In this document: in pieces, positions 32,288 through 45,100 of the stretch
Layout of the letters: every line of letters begins with the position of its first letter
Numbering within the stretch: the stretch's first letter is position 1
DNA from: Paraphysomonas bandaiensis
Taxonomy: Eukaryota > Protista > Chrysophyceae
Assembly (NCBI GenBank): GCA_965644295.1
Contig: CBFFRP010000152.1
Location: 1-64,000, forward strand
Reading direction: 5' to 3'
Length of the DNA: 64,000 nt
Notes under the pieces: model-generated
What the model was told of the DNA's origin: nothing
Databases searched by the model: none
What the model saw: only the letters and a program-made list of their open reading frames with translations
Made by a program: the position numbers and the translations under genes

Positions 32288-33262
32288 ATGGAAGAATACA
32301 TCTCCCTCAAACCCTATGAACCTCTCATCGGTCTCAGTGTCTTAACACTCACTGGTGGTCTCACTATATGGGCTATACGTAAATATATATCCACCCCCTC
32401 TTCCACCCCTCCAAACACTACTAATAATCAATATCAACATGCTGTACATACAGCAACTGATGAATTATACTCTGTAAGATATGCATTACTTGAAAAAATT
32501 ACACATATTGGATCTTGTCATTGTAAACGATGTCAGTTTCGTGTCCGGGCCCCCCGTACAATCAATGCATTTGATGCACAATCAAAGATACGTTATCCTC
32601 GTATGGTTATTAAAGGTGAAGATTTTTATAATTTATCAGATGAAAAATTATTATCATTATATGCTGTAACGAATGGTAATTCGATTGGTATACATGCATT
32701 TTGTAGTTTTTGTGGGGTTCATATCCTCTATTCACCATCTGAAGACCCGAAAGAGGTCCATATTAATGTGGATTGTCTTGATCCTTCGACAATTAGTGCT
32801 ATTAATGTATCATACTACGGGTCTTTCGATACAGTTCCTTGTAGTGTCACTGATACACGTGCTCGTCGGTATTCAAGAGGGGGTCTTGGGTCTTGGCGTA
32901 GTCCTGCTGGTGGATTTGGTGCAGCATCAGTAGTGTCAAATCTATCAGATACTGAGAGTTTATACGAGGACGATCTGCTCTCTCCAACTCACCATCTCGC
33001 CCGTCTTTGCGACGACTGTGCAACGGATGGGTCTTTGCAGGATCTGACCTCTCTGGAAGAAGATGATGACGAGGAGAGCGGTTGGGAATCTCGAAGCACC
33101 CACGGGAGGGCACAGAGAGTAGGCAGTGATTGGGGGAATTACGTTCGGGAGACCGACAGTCCTGCTACTCTCCACAGACTTCGCTCTCATCTGCGTCGTC
33201 ACCTTCCTCGCACTCGTACCCGCCAGCCATTAAGCCAGCACTCGAGTACCAGAAAAAAGTGA
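32288..33262 (+). CDS. Membrane-anchored GFA/CENP-V-like (Mss4 fold) protein
   Basis: TM LIGLSVLTLTGGLTIWAI; HIGSCHCK, HAFCSFCGVHI, VHINVDCL; disordered tail. Confidence 0.75.
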   Translation: MEEYISLKPYEPLIGLSVLTLTGGLTIWAIRKYISTPSSTPPNTTNNQYQHAVHTATDELYSVRYALLEKITHIGSCHCKRCQFRVRAPRTINAFDAQSKIRYPRMVIKGEDFYNLSDEKLLSLYAVTNGNSIGIHAFCSFCGVHILYSPSEDPKEVHINVDCLDPSTISAINVSYYGSFDTVPCSVTDTRARRYSRGGLGSWRSPAGGFGAASVVSNLSDTESLYEDDLLSPTHHLARLCDDCATDGSLQDLTSLEEDDDEESGWESRSTHGRAQRVGSDWGNYVRETDSPATLHRLRSHLRRHLPRTRTRQPLSQHSSTRKK

Positions 33263-33865
33263 CTCTTGTACGACATTTTGAAGTACTGTATATAGAAATA
33301 AGTTGTAGCATGCAATAATAGAGAGTACCTCTTCATCGTTGTACACAGTTTCAATTCCTCGATAAGAACACTATGTACTAAATTATCGGTCCGTTATCCG
33401 GATAGCGATATGATGTACGTTTAAGTGGTGAACCTGCACTATTGATATCAGCGAAATCATACCTTGAAGTAATGTAATAGATACAAAGACTGGTTATCAT
33501 TTGAAATTCTTTGTCAGAGGAGCTAGGTACTTTCGTATACATTAGTGTAGGTTTTAATTTCATGTTGGAGAGCAGTAGGGCTGCTGAATTCTTATATTGC
33601 TATTCTATCTGCCTTCCTTATGCATTCCACAGAAGTGTGTAGCCAAGAAGTTGTGATGGGAAATAAACGCAATGTGTGTATCATTCTCTATTCTATCACG
33701 GTATCAGTTTAGGAAGAGTCATATAGTGATTTAGTTGCCTAGATTAGGTTTAATTCAATAAGTGGAGAGCTGTTGTTCGAAACTAGAATATCGAGAAAAT
33801 TTTAGGGTAATTAAGAGTTAAGAGTTAGCAGTTAATAGTTAAACTTAAGAAATTCTTAAAAAGGG

Positions 33866-34030
33866 GATCTATTTTTCGACCTAGTCAATTTGGGGGATTT
33901 TCCTAGTCACACCAAAATTTGTGTAATAACCTAGTCAAAAGGTTGAAAAACCTAGTCATTAAATAATTAGATTTTTAACTTTACAATGACTAGGTTGACT
34001 AGGTTGACTAGTAAATTGGTGGTGAATTTA
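33866..34030. repeat. GACTAG/CTAGTC-motif element related to 18390-18602
   Basis: Four cctagtca followed by tgactag repeats. Confidence 0.55.
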
Positions 34031-34269
34031 AGAAGTAATAATATAATAACTCTAGAAGCGCTAAACCCATTCCTCAATCATGTCACAGTGTCTTGTGTCT
34101 TGTAAATAATTTTAGATTGAAAATTTATAGTTTTTCTTATATTGAAAGTCTTATTATTAGCAATAGGCGTTAAAAACCTGCACCAACATAGTAGCTAGAT
34201 GAATGCTAGACAAAAACTAGTTAGACCTCTACCTGTAACTAATCAGTACACCCTTTTTTTATCCTACTA

Positions 34270-34648
34270 TTTAACGCTGCGGAAGCTGCTTGTGCGTCGC
34301 CGCAAGCACCAAGTGCGACCACTTCCGCTCTGAGTTCTTAAGGTGAACATCCTGGATGCTTGACTTCAGCAGGCAGCCCAATACCCCGGTTACCCTTCAG
34401 GTGGGCCCTGTCCCGGATGCCCTTGAGGTGGGCCCATTTCCGGATGCCTGTTTATTCGTCAGGGCCCAAAGACGTCTACACAAGTGACACTTATTGGTGT
34501 CCCTTGTACCACACAAGCATTCGGCTATGAGTGGGCAGAAGAATATCTGCTGACTATGTTTGCGGCTCACGTTAGTTTTCCAGAGAAATAACTCCGGTAC
34601 TTATCCCCCAGAACACCACGAAAAGGTGCGAGTCCGACTTTGTTGAGG
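34270..34648 (+). repeat. GC-richer repeat remnant whose 3' ~110 bp match 28587-28700 inverted; contains two tandem ~27-bp units
   Basis: ccctt(c/g)aggtgggccc....ccggatg occurs twice at ~34393-34447; terminal match read directly. Confidence 0.6.
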
Positions 34649-34985
34649 CATAGTTTTTCTTAATTTATTCCTTTCCTGGTTCTGCGTACTTCCCTTTCTA
34701 CAGCCAGACAGCCAGGTAGTGCATGGTGCATGGGTGTAGTATGTAGTAAGTAGTTGTTAATAATGCAGTGAGTGTAATCCAGTTTACTGATTTCTACTAG
34801 TTTATCCGTGAAGTTTCGTCAATTCCAGATATAGCGTGTATTATTCATTAATTACTAATCTGTAGCCATTCAATATTTTAAATCTCTACTAAGAAATGTT
34901 ATCATAATATGCGTTGCAGCACTATGTCACTACTAAGTAGAATATTTAAATTCTAATAAGAAAAATTGACAGATGTTAAGACATA

Positions 34986-37900
34986 TTATTTATGAACAAT
35001 AGCGCACAAATTGGGTCTATACTTGCTGATATACTCCTCCACGGACATCACTGTGTTGTTGCCACAATCAATTTTGAGAGTCCACAGTTCTGAAGCAATA
35101 ACACAAGAACGAGATTCATCGCAGTCTTCTTCGAAATTATCAAGGTATAAGCCCGCCGCCGCCCACACATCGAGAATGCTTTTGGATGTACACGTCAGGT
35201 CGGGTACTTCACCTTCAAACTGAGTACATAAAAGCTGCTCTGTATTCGTCAAAACAGAGTAGCAAATAAGTAAGTCAACGGCAGTGCATCGTACACTTGC
35301 TGCATCATCCACATTTTCAACAGCACGACGAAAGAGTCGGGCACGAGCTCCAGTGAGTGCATTGTCAGAGTTTATACTTTTCTTCCCGGCGACTCCTGTG
35401 AATATAAACCACGCAATTGAATATAGCCCAATAAGATATATCAGCATATGGCGATCCTTCTTATAACATCGAAGTGACATTATCGCAGTCAAAATTACGC
35501 CTTCTAAACTGCCATCACTGGACACGGCATCGGTGCTGCTGGGGAGAAATAGTGGAAGAAGTTTTTTAAGCATATCTCTGTCTTCGGCCATGTGCAGAAG
35601 ACGGAGAGTACCCAGTTCCTTCCACACACGTGCCTTTAGAGTCTGTGGTAGAAAGCCTGAGACCAAAACCGGTAGCAATGCAGCAGTATTTATTCTTCCA
35701 TCAGTGTAGGTTTGCTCACAGAGAGCATTTACCAGTCGAACTACTAGTTCCCGCGCACCAGACAATTCCGAAGTACGGGTGTATTCTGACTCAGTCTGCT
35801 CCCACTCTCTCAACTTTCCACCACGACCTGCAGATTTCCATTGTGACGAGTCAGACTGAGATGCATATTCAGCAGCAACACTGATAAATTGACTCGCATA
35901 ATTACCATAACCCCTACCCCGACGTTTCCAAAGGCCAACGAGAGACTCTTCAATGAGGAATATAAAACTATCGACCTCATCTGACAGTGGATCTGCGCTC
36001 AGACCAGCAGATGAATCTTTCGAATCATCTACATCAGATACAGCTAAGCGGCAGAGGTACAACAGAACGTGTCCTAAACGGTCGTCAAATATACCCTTTT
36101 CAATTCCACTTCGAGCTAAGACTCTGAGCCACAGTGCAAGAGCTCCTCCCCGAAGGCGAACAAGACATTCAAACATCCAAACCGGTTTGATACTGACAAC
36201 AATAGGAGAGGTATAAGCAAGATGTGGGCGATTGCGCGAATTGTGGAGCACCGTCATGGATGTCGATTGCGTTTCGGATCTATAATTGTCTGCTTCAATA
36301 AAGCCACTAAACCTACATGTATTCAGTGTATCCAAAGCGTGTCCATCTTCCTTTATATCTCTCATAATTAGGTTCACTGCTTCCTGAACAGCATCTGTTG
36401 TGACTACCTCGGACGGCAAACACGACGATACAAAATAATTCATTGTTAAAGCAAGGAGTTTCTTCGCAGTAATGGGGAAAGCGCCACATAAGTAAGGAAG
36501 AACCGAAGAAACAGTCGCAGCAAACTCCGACCGAACTGAGTCATTCTCGGAATTGAACACATAGGTTGCGGCAAATTGTAATGTGATCATCAGTGCACTA
36601 TGCTGGATTTCAACACATCGATGTAGAAATAATCCTCCAGCAACACTATTTATTTTGAGCACATACTGCAGAAAGTGTGTAATGTCCGACATAACCATTA
36701 CGGAGTAATTTGGTGTCGATACCATGTGACTGACGCAAAGTGCTAATCTGCGCACCGAAAGGGCATGATGGATGCATATACAGCCGTGGAATGAGTCATT
36801 GTCATTTGTAGCATCAACTTTATTCACTAAGAGGCAATCAGATAGCTCCTGTGTAATAGCTTTTTTGAATTCTTGAGACTGCGCCATACAGAGTCCTATT
36901 TCCGGCGACAGGGCTTCAGAATGGCTGAATGAAAGACTGCAAAATTTATCCACCGCATATAATAATCCGGGTCCCTTTATACATGACGCCAACAGAAGAT
37001 CTCTGAGTGAATTTTGTTCCGCTGTGCCACAGAAATCACCGCCGTAAAAACCAACTATACTAGATATAAAATCCATACACACGGCTGAGAAGCGAATATT
37101 CCAGTGAGCATCCTGTCTAGATGCTTCCTTTCCTGATACTAGTATACACTCTATCGTATCTCTGGATATATCAAAAAGTACTCTAGTTAAACTGATAACA
37201 GCCAAGATTTTCGTGTCAGAAGAGAGTAATACTATCTCTTCCGCCGAATACTGTGAAATATTTAGAAACTCTACTGAGCAGTGAACTGCTGCTTCCTCCA
37301 ACATGAGCATCAGTTCAGATCTCAGGTATAAAGGCCAGTCAACAGGAAACCACTTAGCCATAGTGACTTGAAAACCTGATTGAGACTGGTTCTTTCCCAA
37401 AGTTAAATTTGTGCGGCTCCGCAGCACTGCAACAAGTTCTGTGAGACAATGAAGGGCCACTCCATAGGCAGCACAACAGCGGAAGCATCTCAACACCCAT
37501 GCAAGCGGCGTGTTCGTTCCGTCAAAAAAAGAATCCAAATACCACATATTCGCACTTTCTGCTTGACTACACATTTCACTTCCCTTCAGCGATAGCTGCT
37601 GGCCTACCACGGCCACTCCTGCCTCCAATAAACCTCTATCACACATCCATTCCGCGTACTTTACCCCACTACGGCACATTTCCGCGATAAACTTCCACAG
37701 CGCTGCTGAAAAGGTGTGCGCCCATTCTCCACCTCGCGCACGAGGGAAGGACCGGCTACAGATGCGCACAGCACTTGGCCACATCTTTTCTAAAGCATGA
37801 TTAAACACAGCTTCGCTAACTCTGTAGTCTATAGATCCGCGCAGAGCAGCTGTTAACACATCTAGAGCTACAGTCCCGATCTCTACAGCCGTCACTACTG

Positions 37901-39832
37901 GACTATTGGGATCCAATGATATTTCTCCTCCCAATTCTATCCCGAGCAATGCCTGCAATGCCCCTTCCACACTAGATCCTATAGCGCCAGATACACCCCA
38001 CGTACCTTCAGTGAATAGGCCTTCAGCTCTACTCCATCGACATAAGAGTGCAAACTCCTCCTGTTTGTAAGCAAAAATACTAATTACAAATCCACATTTG
38101 TCAACAATATACAGAATACGCATTTATGATTGATAATGTGCACAGAACCTGCGGAGTGCGGGCAGCTCCCATCCATGCAGCATCCTCAGGCAAATCACGA
38201 CTCTCAGAAAGAGAAGCATTGTGGGTAATGTCGGCTTTCGCTTTGGTAGCATTGTCTGAGCAGCTAGCAATATGTTCGGCATAGCTCCTCTCATGTCGTC
38301 TGGTGTGAGGATCTGACAGAGGTGGCGGTCTTGTGAGCTCAATTCCCCACATCATATCGCCAGCTCTGAACTCAAGCTTACAGGATAGAAAACATTGCAG
38401 AGAACGCAGTGCCATAAGTTCATGCAGAGCACTGCGCGTATGGGAAAGAGCTGAACCGCAAGAAATCACTGCGAAACGGGTCAGAATCGAAGCGAGCTCG
38501 GGAGGATAGTCATGAGCACAACAGCTTCTGAGAAGTACAAAGGCAGCCAATCTGGCAACGTCTTTGCGCATTAAGAAAGCTCTCTCTGGGTTCGCACAAA
38601 CTGGTCGTGCAGTCTCGACCCGACTGCATACCTCTCTAACAAGCTGGGCATATGCCGTACAAAATCGGTCTGACAGGGTTGCAGAGTTATCGTCACACTT
38701 CGACACAGATGTATGACAGTATGTCTCCACAGATGTTGCCACATCGCGACGCCACATGACTCCAATAACAATACGTCCTCCTGCTAGTCGCTGAGAGGGT
38801 ACTTCCGACCGCAAGAGCTGCAACAGATTGGTTAGATATGTATACATAAGTTTCTCTTCAATCTCATATATTCTCATGCAGTCATAAATAATGCATACAT
38901 CTGAGTAAATTAAGTACCTCGCACGCTTCGTGCAATGAGTATCCTGGTCTTCCCTGCTCCGCTTGGTGGTGGGAGAGTTCCCTTAAAGTGCCCAGCCCTG
39001 CTTCCTCGACAGCAAACCCGCTGCATAAGGCGGCGTCTGCACACAGAAGCGCCACTTCATGCAATGAATTTGTGGGCAGTATCCTAGATAGAAAGCTGCT
39101 GGCCATCACATGTCTGCATTCTTCGCCCAGGTCCTCCCGGCCTCCCACTATTCTGCGCCCTTCCAAGTCGAACCGAGGAGTACTACCAACAGTAGTTGAA
39201 TCGTCCTCCTCATTGACAGTCCATGCCAGTGCTTGACGCACTGACTCGGGCGCCGATCGAATCGCTGCCATAAGTTCCTCCTCAGTCCTGGGAGCACTAG
39301 ACGCTTCTTTAATCATCACATTTTTGACGTTGGAATCATTCGTAGTAGCCGAATTATCAGAGGGTGGAGGAACTTCAGGACCCGATGCCCCTCGAGCTTT
39401 CAGGAACTCCAAACTCTCAGCTGAAAATATAGTCGATAGTTCACGAATAGAGTTTTCAATTTCACTCTCAGACATGCACATTACTTGTTTGAGATTTTCT
39501 GTCTTGTAATCGTCATCATCTTTAGTACTTCCATTCTGATCTGTTGGCACTGTACTAGCTGATGCTGTACTAGCTGATACTGTACTAGCTGAAGCTATAC
39601 TAGACTGCTCGCTCTTGGACTCTTCTCTCTTTATTCCAAGTGACAGACGTTGATGAGGAATAGTAGGAAATCCATGACTACCACATGTCACTATATCTCT
39701 CTGTAATGACTTCTTTCCCTCAATAACATCACCAACTATAAGTGGTGTGGTGTTACTCTGTTTCTGTCTCTCACTCTTGAATTTGGATACTTTCTGTACT
39801 TTCCCTTTAGGAATAGCAATTTTCTCTGGCAT
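34986..39832 (-). CDS. RPAP1: RNA polymerase II-associated protein 1 homolog (3 exons)
   Basis: ENLKQVMCMSESEIENSIREL..LEFLKAR (RPAP1_N); PRFDLEG and HHQAEQGRPGYSLHEACE|LLRSEVPSQR (RPAP1_C) joined across GT-AG introns. Confidence 0.8.
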
Positions 39833-40710
39833 GGAATATAAAGATAATGTTACTGGGATGATTAAATGAAGGGATATTTACATATTAGCTTTGTAATAAT
39901 AAGAATGGGGTGTGATGTTGTTATGTATGGATTGTGCTGTAGAAATGAGATGGGAGTTATGGTGATGTGTTTTTTATTGTATTCTCTCGTAATAAACCAA
40001 TCAGAGGTATTTGATGTATTTTGAAGGTATATGATTGGATAATAAGATCGAAGTAGCACTGGCTCTGAGTTACTGCAGTATATATATGTATGTAAGAATT
40101 CTTATGTATGTATATGTCTGTATAGTATATATAGATGCCCTTATCTGTACATATAAGTATCAGGTTCATAAGAGTATAGAGAATATATACTTTAATCACT
40201 CAATATGCTCACTTCTTTATAATTATCCAATCATATCAAAGAAAAATGCATACTTCACCAATCAAACTTAATTTACGAGCTCGTCAAAGTCATACTACAG
40301 TCACTATACGTGACTCTCAACCCACTTCAGCTATAGGGATTCCACAGAACTCTACTGTATGTCCAATGTACGTACTTTTCCCCTCGCGTATACTTCCTCA
40401 TTAACTTCTATAGATGTACTATTGCACATGCAGCATATTGCTGTCCACGTTGCTTTAAACCATACTGCTCATCAGACTGCTATAAGGTACATACTTCCCA
40501 CTATACTCATACATACATACATACATACATACTCGTACATATACATACATATACATACATACGTACATACTCATATATATACATACATATATACATACAC
40601 ATCCCATTACATACATATACATACATGTCTAATCTAATCATCTCCTACAGAAACACGATGTCATCTGTATTGAAGAATTCAGTAAATCTCATTGTGATCG
40701 TATAACTCAC

Positions 40711-41754
40711 ATGGAATCCCTTCATACAAACCTCTCCAACCCCTCCAACCCATCCACGAATACAAACCCCTCCAACCATTCCAATGAATTCAATACACAT
40801 CAACAAGATCTTATGCTACAATTATATGATAAAATAACGGAGATAAACAATAACAAAAATATGAAACTGACATCAGATGAAAGATACTGTATAATGAAAC
40901 TTAAACAGTCTGTGTCTCTTCAAGATATTCAGTGGAATCCTTATTGGGAAGATATACATATACAGTTACAAGATAATGTAGCATGTATTAAGTTTATACA
41001 TACAGGTACTGGTTGTGGTCAAGTTGATGTTGTATATCTTCATCATCTTCGATATGAATTACATCAATTGAGTGATTCATTAAAAGGATTAACTGATGAA
41101 AGGACGCTTCCTTCTCTTTCTTTACTGCAGTTTCAGATACTAGGAGCACTGTTAGGCTATGCTACTGCAATGAGGTCTACATTAGGAGGATGGGCACGTC
41201 CAGTTGGTGAATCACCTGATTTATCACTCTCTCCATCTGAGTGTGTAACTTCCCTGCTACAATCTACACCTATTAGCAGCAGTCGATATAGACCGATATC
41301 TGTAAGTGATGCTATATCTGGGTGGGTAACTTCTTCACCGCCGTCTTTACCTCGGGGAGAGAAGCGAGGGACATCTCTGAGGAAGATACTATGTGATGCA
41401 TGTCGCCTTCTATCCTGCAGAGAGCTGGCTGTGTACGCAATTGCAGACATGTGGATAGTCTGCATGGTCGCCCAAGGTCTCCCCAACAGTGACACGATCG
41501 ATATGCTACGAAGAATTGCTGGTTCTCCACCACCTTCATCTGAACGAATTGCGGATGTGCTCCTACCGATAATGATGAGATACTACTCTGATGTATTTTC
41601 AGTGTCAAGCAAAAAGAAACTCTCAGTTTTAGACCGTTTGACCAGAAAGTCGTTTCTTATTCTATTGGTGCTATTGCAAAACATCGAAGAGGAATGGAAT
41701 TTTGGTATATTTAGTGATTTGAAAGAGTATATATCTGAATACTGCAAGGGATAG
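40711..41754 (+). CDS. Hypothetical protein, 347 aa
   Basis: Long intronless ORF with ATG, divergent from RPAP1; no motif recognised. Confidence 0.7.
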   Translation: MESLHTNLSNPSNPSTNTNPSNHSNEFNTHQQDLMLQLYDKITEINNNKNMKLTSDERYCIMKLKQSVSLQDIQWNPYWEDIHIQLQDNVACIKFIHTGTGCGQVDVVYLHHLRYELHQLSDSLKGLTDERTLPSLSLLQFQILGALLGYATAMRSTLGGWARPVGESPDLSLSPSECVTSLLQSTPISSSRYRPISVSDAISGWVTSSPPSLPRGEKRGTSLRKILCDACRLLSCRELAVYAIADMWIVCMVAQGLPNSDTIDMLRRIAGSPPPSSERIADVLLPIMMRYYSDVFSVSSKKKLSVLDRLTRKSFLILLVLLQNIEEEWNFGIFSDLKEYISEYCKG

Positions 41755-42122
41755 CTTTTGTAGCCATGTATATTTAACTCTCGAAAGAACCGTAAATACT
41801 TTAGACAATCGGAGAGTTTTAAAATGAAATAGAGTGGAGTTCCGTATTCTATTAACTAATATGTGCTTTATATTATACAGTTTTGAATCTGTATTTCGTT
41901 TACTTTGCTACAAGCAATTCATTTCACGATTCGACAAGTGTATTTAGCGAATGGATATTAAGTGGTTATAATTGATAGAATTGCATATTCTCTACTAAAA
42001 AGTAAATTGCTTAAAATTACATATGAATTACCATCATGATCACACTATAATACAACATATTCACAATGCGCTACAGAAATCTACAAACTATATTGCGTCT
42101 AAACGTGTAACCGCAAGCTAAC

Positions 42123-45100
42123 TCATGAAAATTCGTCGGCAAGTTGCCTTGCATTGAGAATAACTTTCTCAATGGCGGAACCTGATTGTGCTATTCTGGA
42201 GGCGCGCTCCTTCATCCTCTTCTCTCGCATATCATCGTGTGCAACGCGGGCCATTTCCCTCTCAGCGGCCTCGTCAGCATTCGTTTTACTCCCTTTAAGT
42301 TTTTCCCTTACGCCTTTGTATTTCCGTAGTTTTCTTAACCACCAGTCCTCTCCCATACTCTACAAAAATGTAATAGTGTTAACTGCTTTAAAGCGATGGT
42401 ATAACACGAGTCACCTTTTCACGCATCGTATACTGTAGTCTGAAGGCGGGGTACATCAGAGTAGGTAATATGCCATTAATAACTTTAAACTCCTCCCACG
42501 TCATCTTCTTTGTCGGGGATAGATCCAACTCTGCCAGTGCTCTTTTCGTCCTGGTTTTGTCGAAAGGGTGCAGTTGGTTCAAAAGTCGAATAAAATCTGC
42601 GTGAGAAACCAAACCCTCATGTTCTGAATCTGCAAACGTGAAGCACAATCTGAAAGTATGTGAGACAATAAACAAAGTGAAATCACATAGGAGAAGTACC
42701 TCAATATTTCATCTGCTCCAAACATGCAGAATACAGCAAACGTACGCAAGAAGTCTCCGAATTCAAGTGTACTATCGGTACCAAGAGAGTCTAAAGATTG
42801 AAGGATATACATATTGAACTTGGTGGGTGGCTCTCCCAGCCATTCGAATAGGTCATCTGTAGTAATCCTCGTTGTACGCTTTTTGTCGACTTTATGAAAG
42901 ACTTTCATCCACTTGCTCAACTCGCTATTACTCAACGCGAGTAAGTCGACAGCGTATTCAATAGGGTCAGTAACCTCGGCTTCTTTTTCATTTTCATACG
43001 CGGCACCTAATTTTTCTTCCAGCTTATTCACAAGTTTAATCAACTCCTGGTCGTCGGGTCTATTCTTAAGCATTTTTCTTGCATTTCTTAACTCCCCAAT
43101 CAGAGCATTCGTATTAGCTGCCTCTGGTTTATCGTCTTTATCAATTTTATGTATCCATAAATAGATGTCCGGCAGATCAAACTCACTCAAAGACACACCG
43201 TCACTAACTCTTTCATAGCCATCTACCCTGAAACGGTTCTCCTCCGACTGTTCGTAGGACACACGGACAGCATTTATTGCTGTATCTTTTCTCTTGTCAC
43301 GCTTCACAAAAATGACCATTTTAATGAGAGGGTTTGCAACTCTCTCGAATCCAATGCGGTCAAGTTCCTTATACAGTGGATTAGAGGGGTCGGTATGCCC
43401 CAATTCCATATGTGTAATAAAATCCTCGGGGTTACTCGACATCTCAAACCATAAAAACACATCACCCTTCGTTCCGATACCTCTTTCCATCATGCGATAA
43501 TATGGGAGACCTTTAGAAAACAACACGTCATTTTGGCGTTGAAACACTTCTAATTCTTCCTGGCTTGCAGTTATCTTAATCTTCCGGATGCCTTCCACCC
43601 CTCCTGTAGTCTTTTTCTTGCGCATGTACCCTGCCATGCGTTCTTCCTCTTTGTCCAAGCCGTTTTCTCGACGCTCCTTCATCTTTCTGTACTCATCTGC
43701 TGCACTTCTAACCCCTCTTTTCATTTTGTCTGCAACCTGCATGTATGTATCAGAAACATTAATCAACAGATGAAAATAGCCATACAATCGCGGTGATCGT
43801 CTTCTTTTCTATCTTTGCCTTCTTCTCCTCCTCCTCTTGTCGCTTTCGTTCTTCTTCCTTGGCTATTTCCCTAACCTGCTTTATAGCAGCCATTCGAATA
43901 TCGCGCATCTCTCTTAAACGTGCCTTCCTTTCATCTAACTCCCTCTGCAGTGCGTGTTGTCGGCGCATATTCAATTGCGAATTCAAAAACATTTCCATTC
44001 GTTCTTGGTGATGAGCTTTGTTGGCTTGAAATGAGGCAAATATTGCCTCCTCTTTGTTGTGTACCTCCTCTCGAAACTCGAAATGTTTGACAATAGATTC
44101 TGCCACAGCGGTGCTAACTTCAATGCTCAGTTCAGCAAGTCGAATTCCACCACAATTAAGATTCTTAGATACATTTGCCACACAATCTTGCAGCTGAAAT
44201 CGTGGAAGTTTATTACTTTCACTCAGCAAAACTTCTGTTTCAAAATCTGTAAAAGAATTAAATGCAAGTAAAAAAAACTACGCAATGCGCACCAGTAACA
44301 CAATTTAGTAATTGTTCAGGAACATCTCTCAGTACCGCTGTCTCTGTTAATCTGCATTTTTCACGTAGCGAGGACAGCTTAACAACCACTGCTTTGATCA
44401 TATCGATCATGGAAAGGGACAGTTCCGATGAAAGTTTCTCTTCAAGCTGAAAATACTTATTGAGCAATCTACACATGGTGTCAAATTTGTGACCCCATAT
44501 GTATTATATGTCTTACACTTTTCGTTGACTGTTTCTTGTTTCCAGTGCATCCTTCATTTTCATAAACTGCATATTTAGCACTTCAACTCGGTCTTTGAGT
44601 GTTGGCAACAAATCCGTGTGTTTTTCAACATTGCTGAGTTTCAATCGAACTTCGGCATTAAGTCGACTTCTTTCCTATAAGTCACAGAATCAAGTAAACA
44701 CGGATTGAACTATAACATAAATTTCATACATGATTTAGAAGCTCGATGTTGTTTTGAATATCTTCCCATACATCGGGGTCGTGGTCTTCTTCAACCTCTG
44801 TTTCCAAAACGGAAACCTCCACTCCGATTTCATTAATCTAAATGTTCAATGTTACACGCTGAACAAATATTATACAGATTATGAAGGACCTTTTTCTCAG
44901 CAGCGGCTATATCGGACTTGCAGATATCGATTTCTCTTTCCAATGAGGTAACGTTACTTTCCAGTTTATCGAGATTAAGTTCCTTTGTGCGCAAGGTTTC
45001 CTCAAGATGTACATCGGCAAGTGCCTGCTTAGCCATCCATGGTTGTGAGTATAAAACATCAACAAAAGCTTTCAACTCAAAGTGTTTCTTGGGAACGTGT

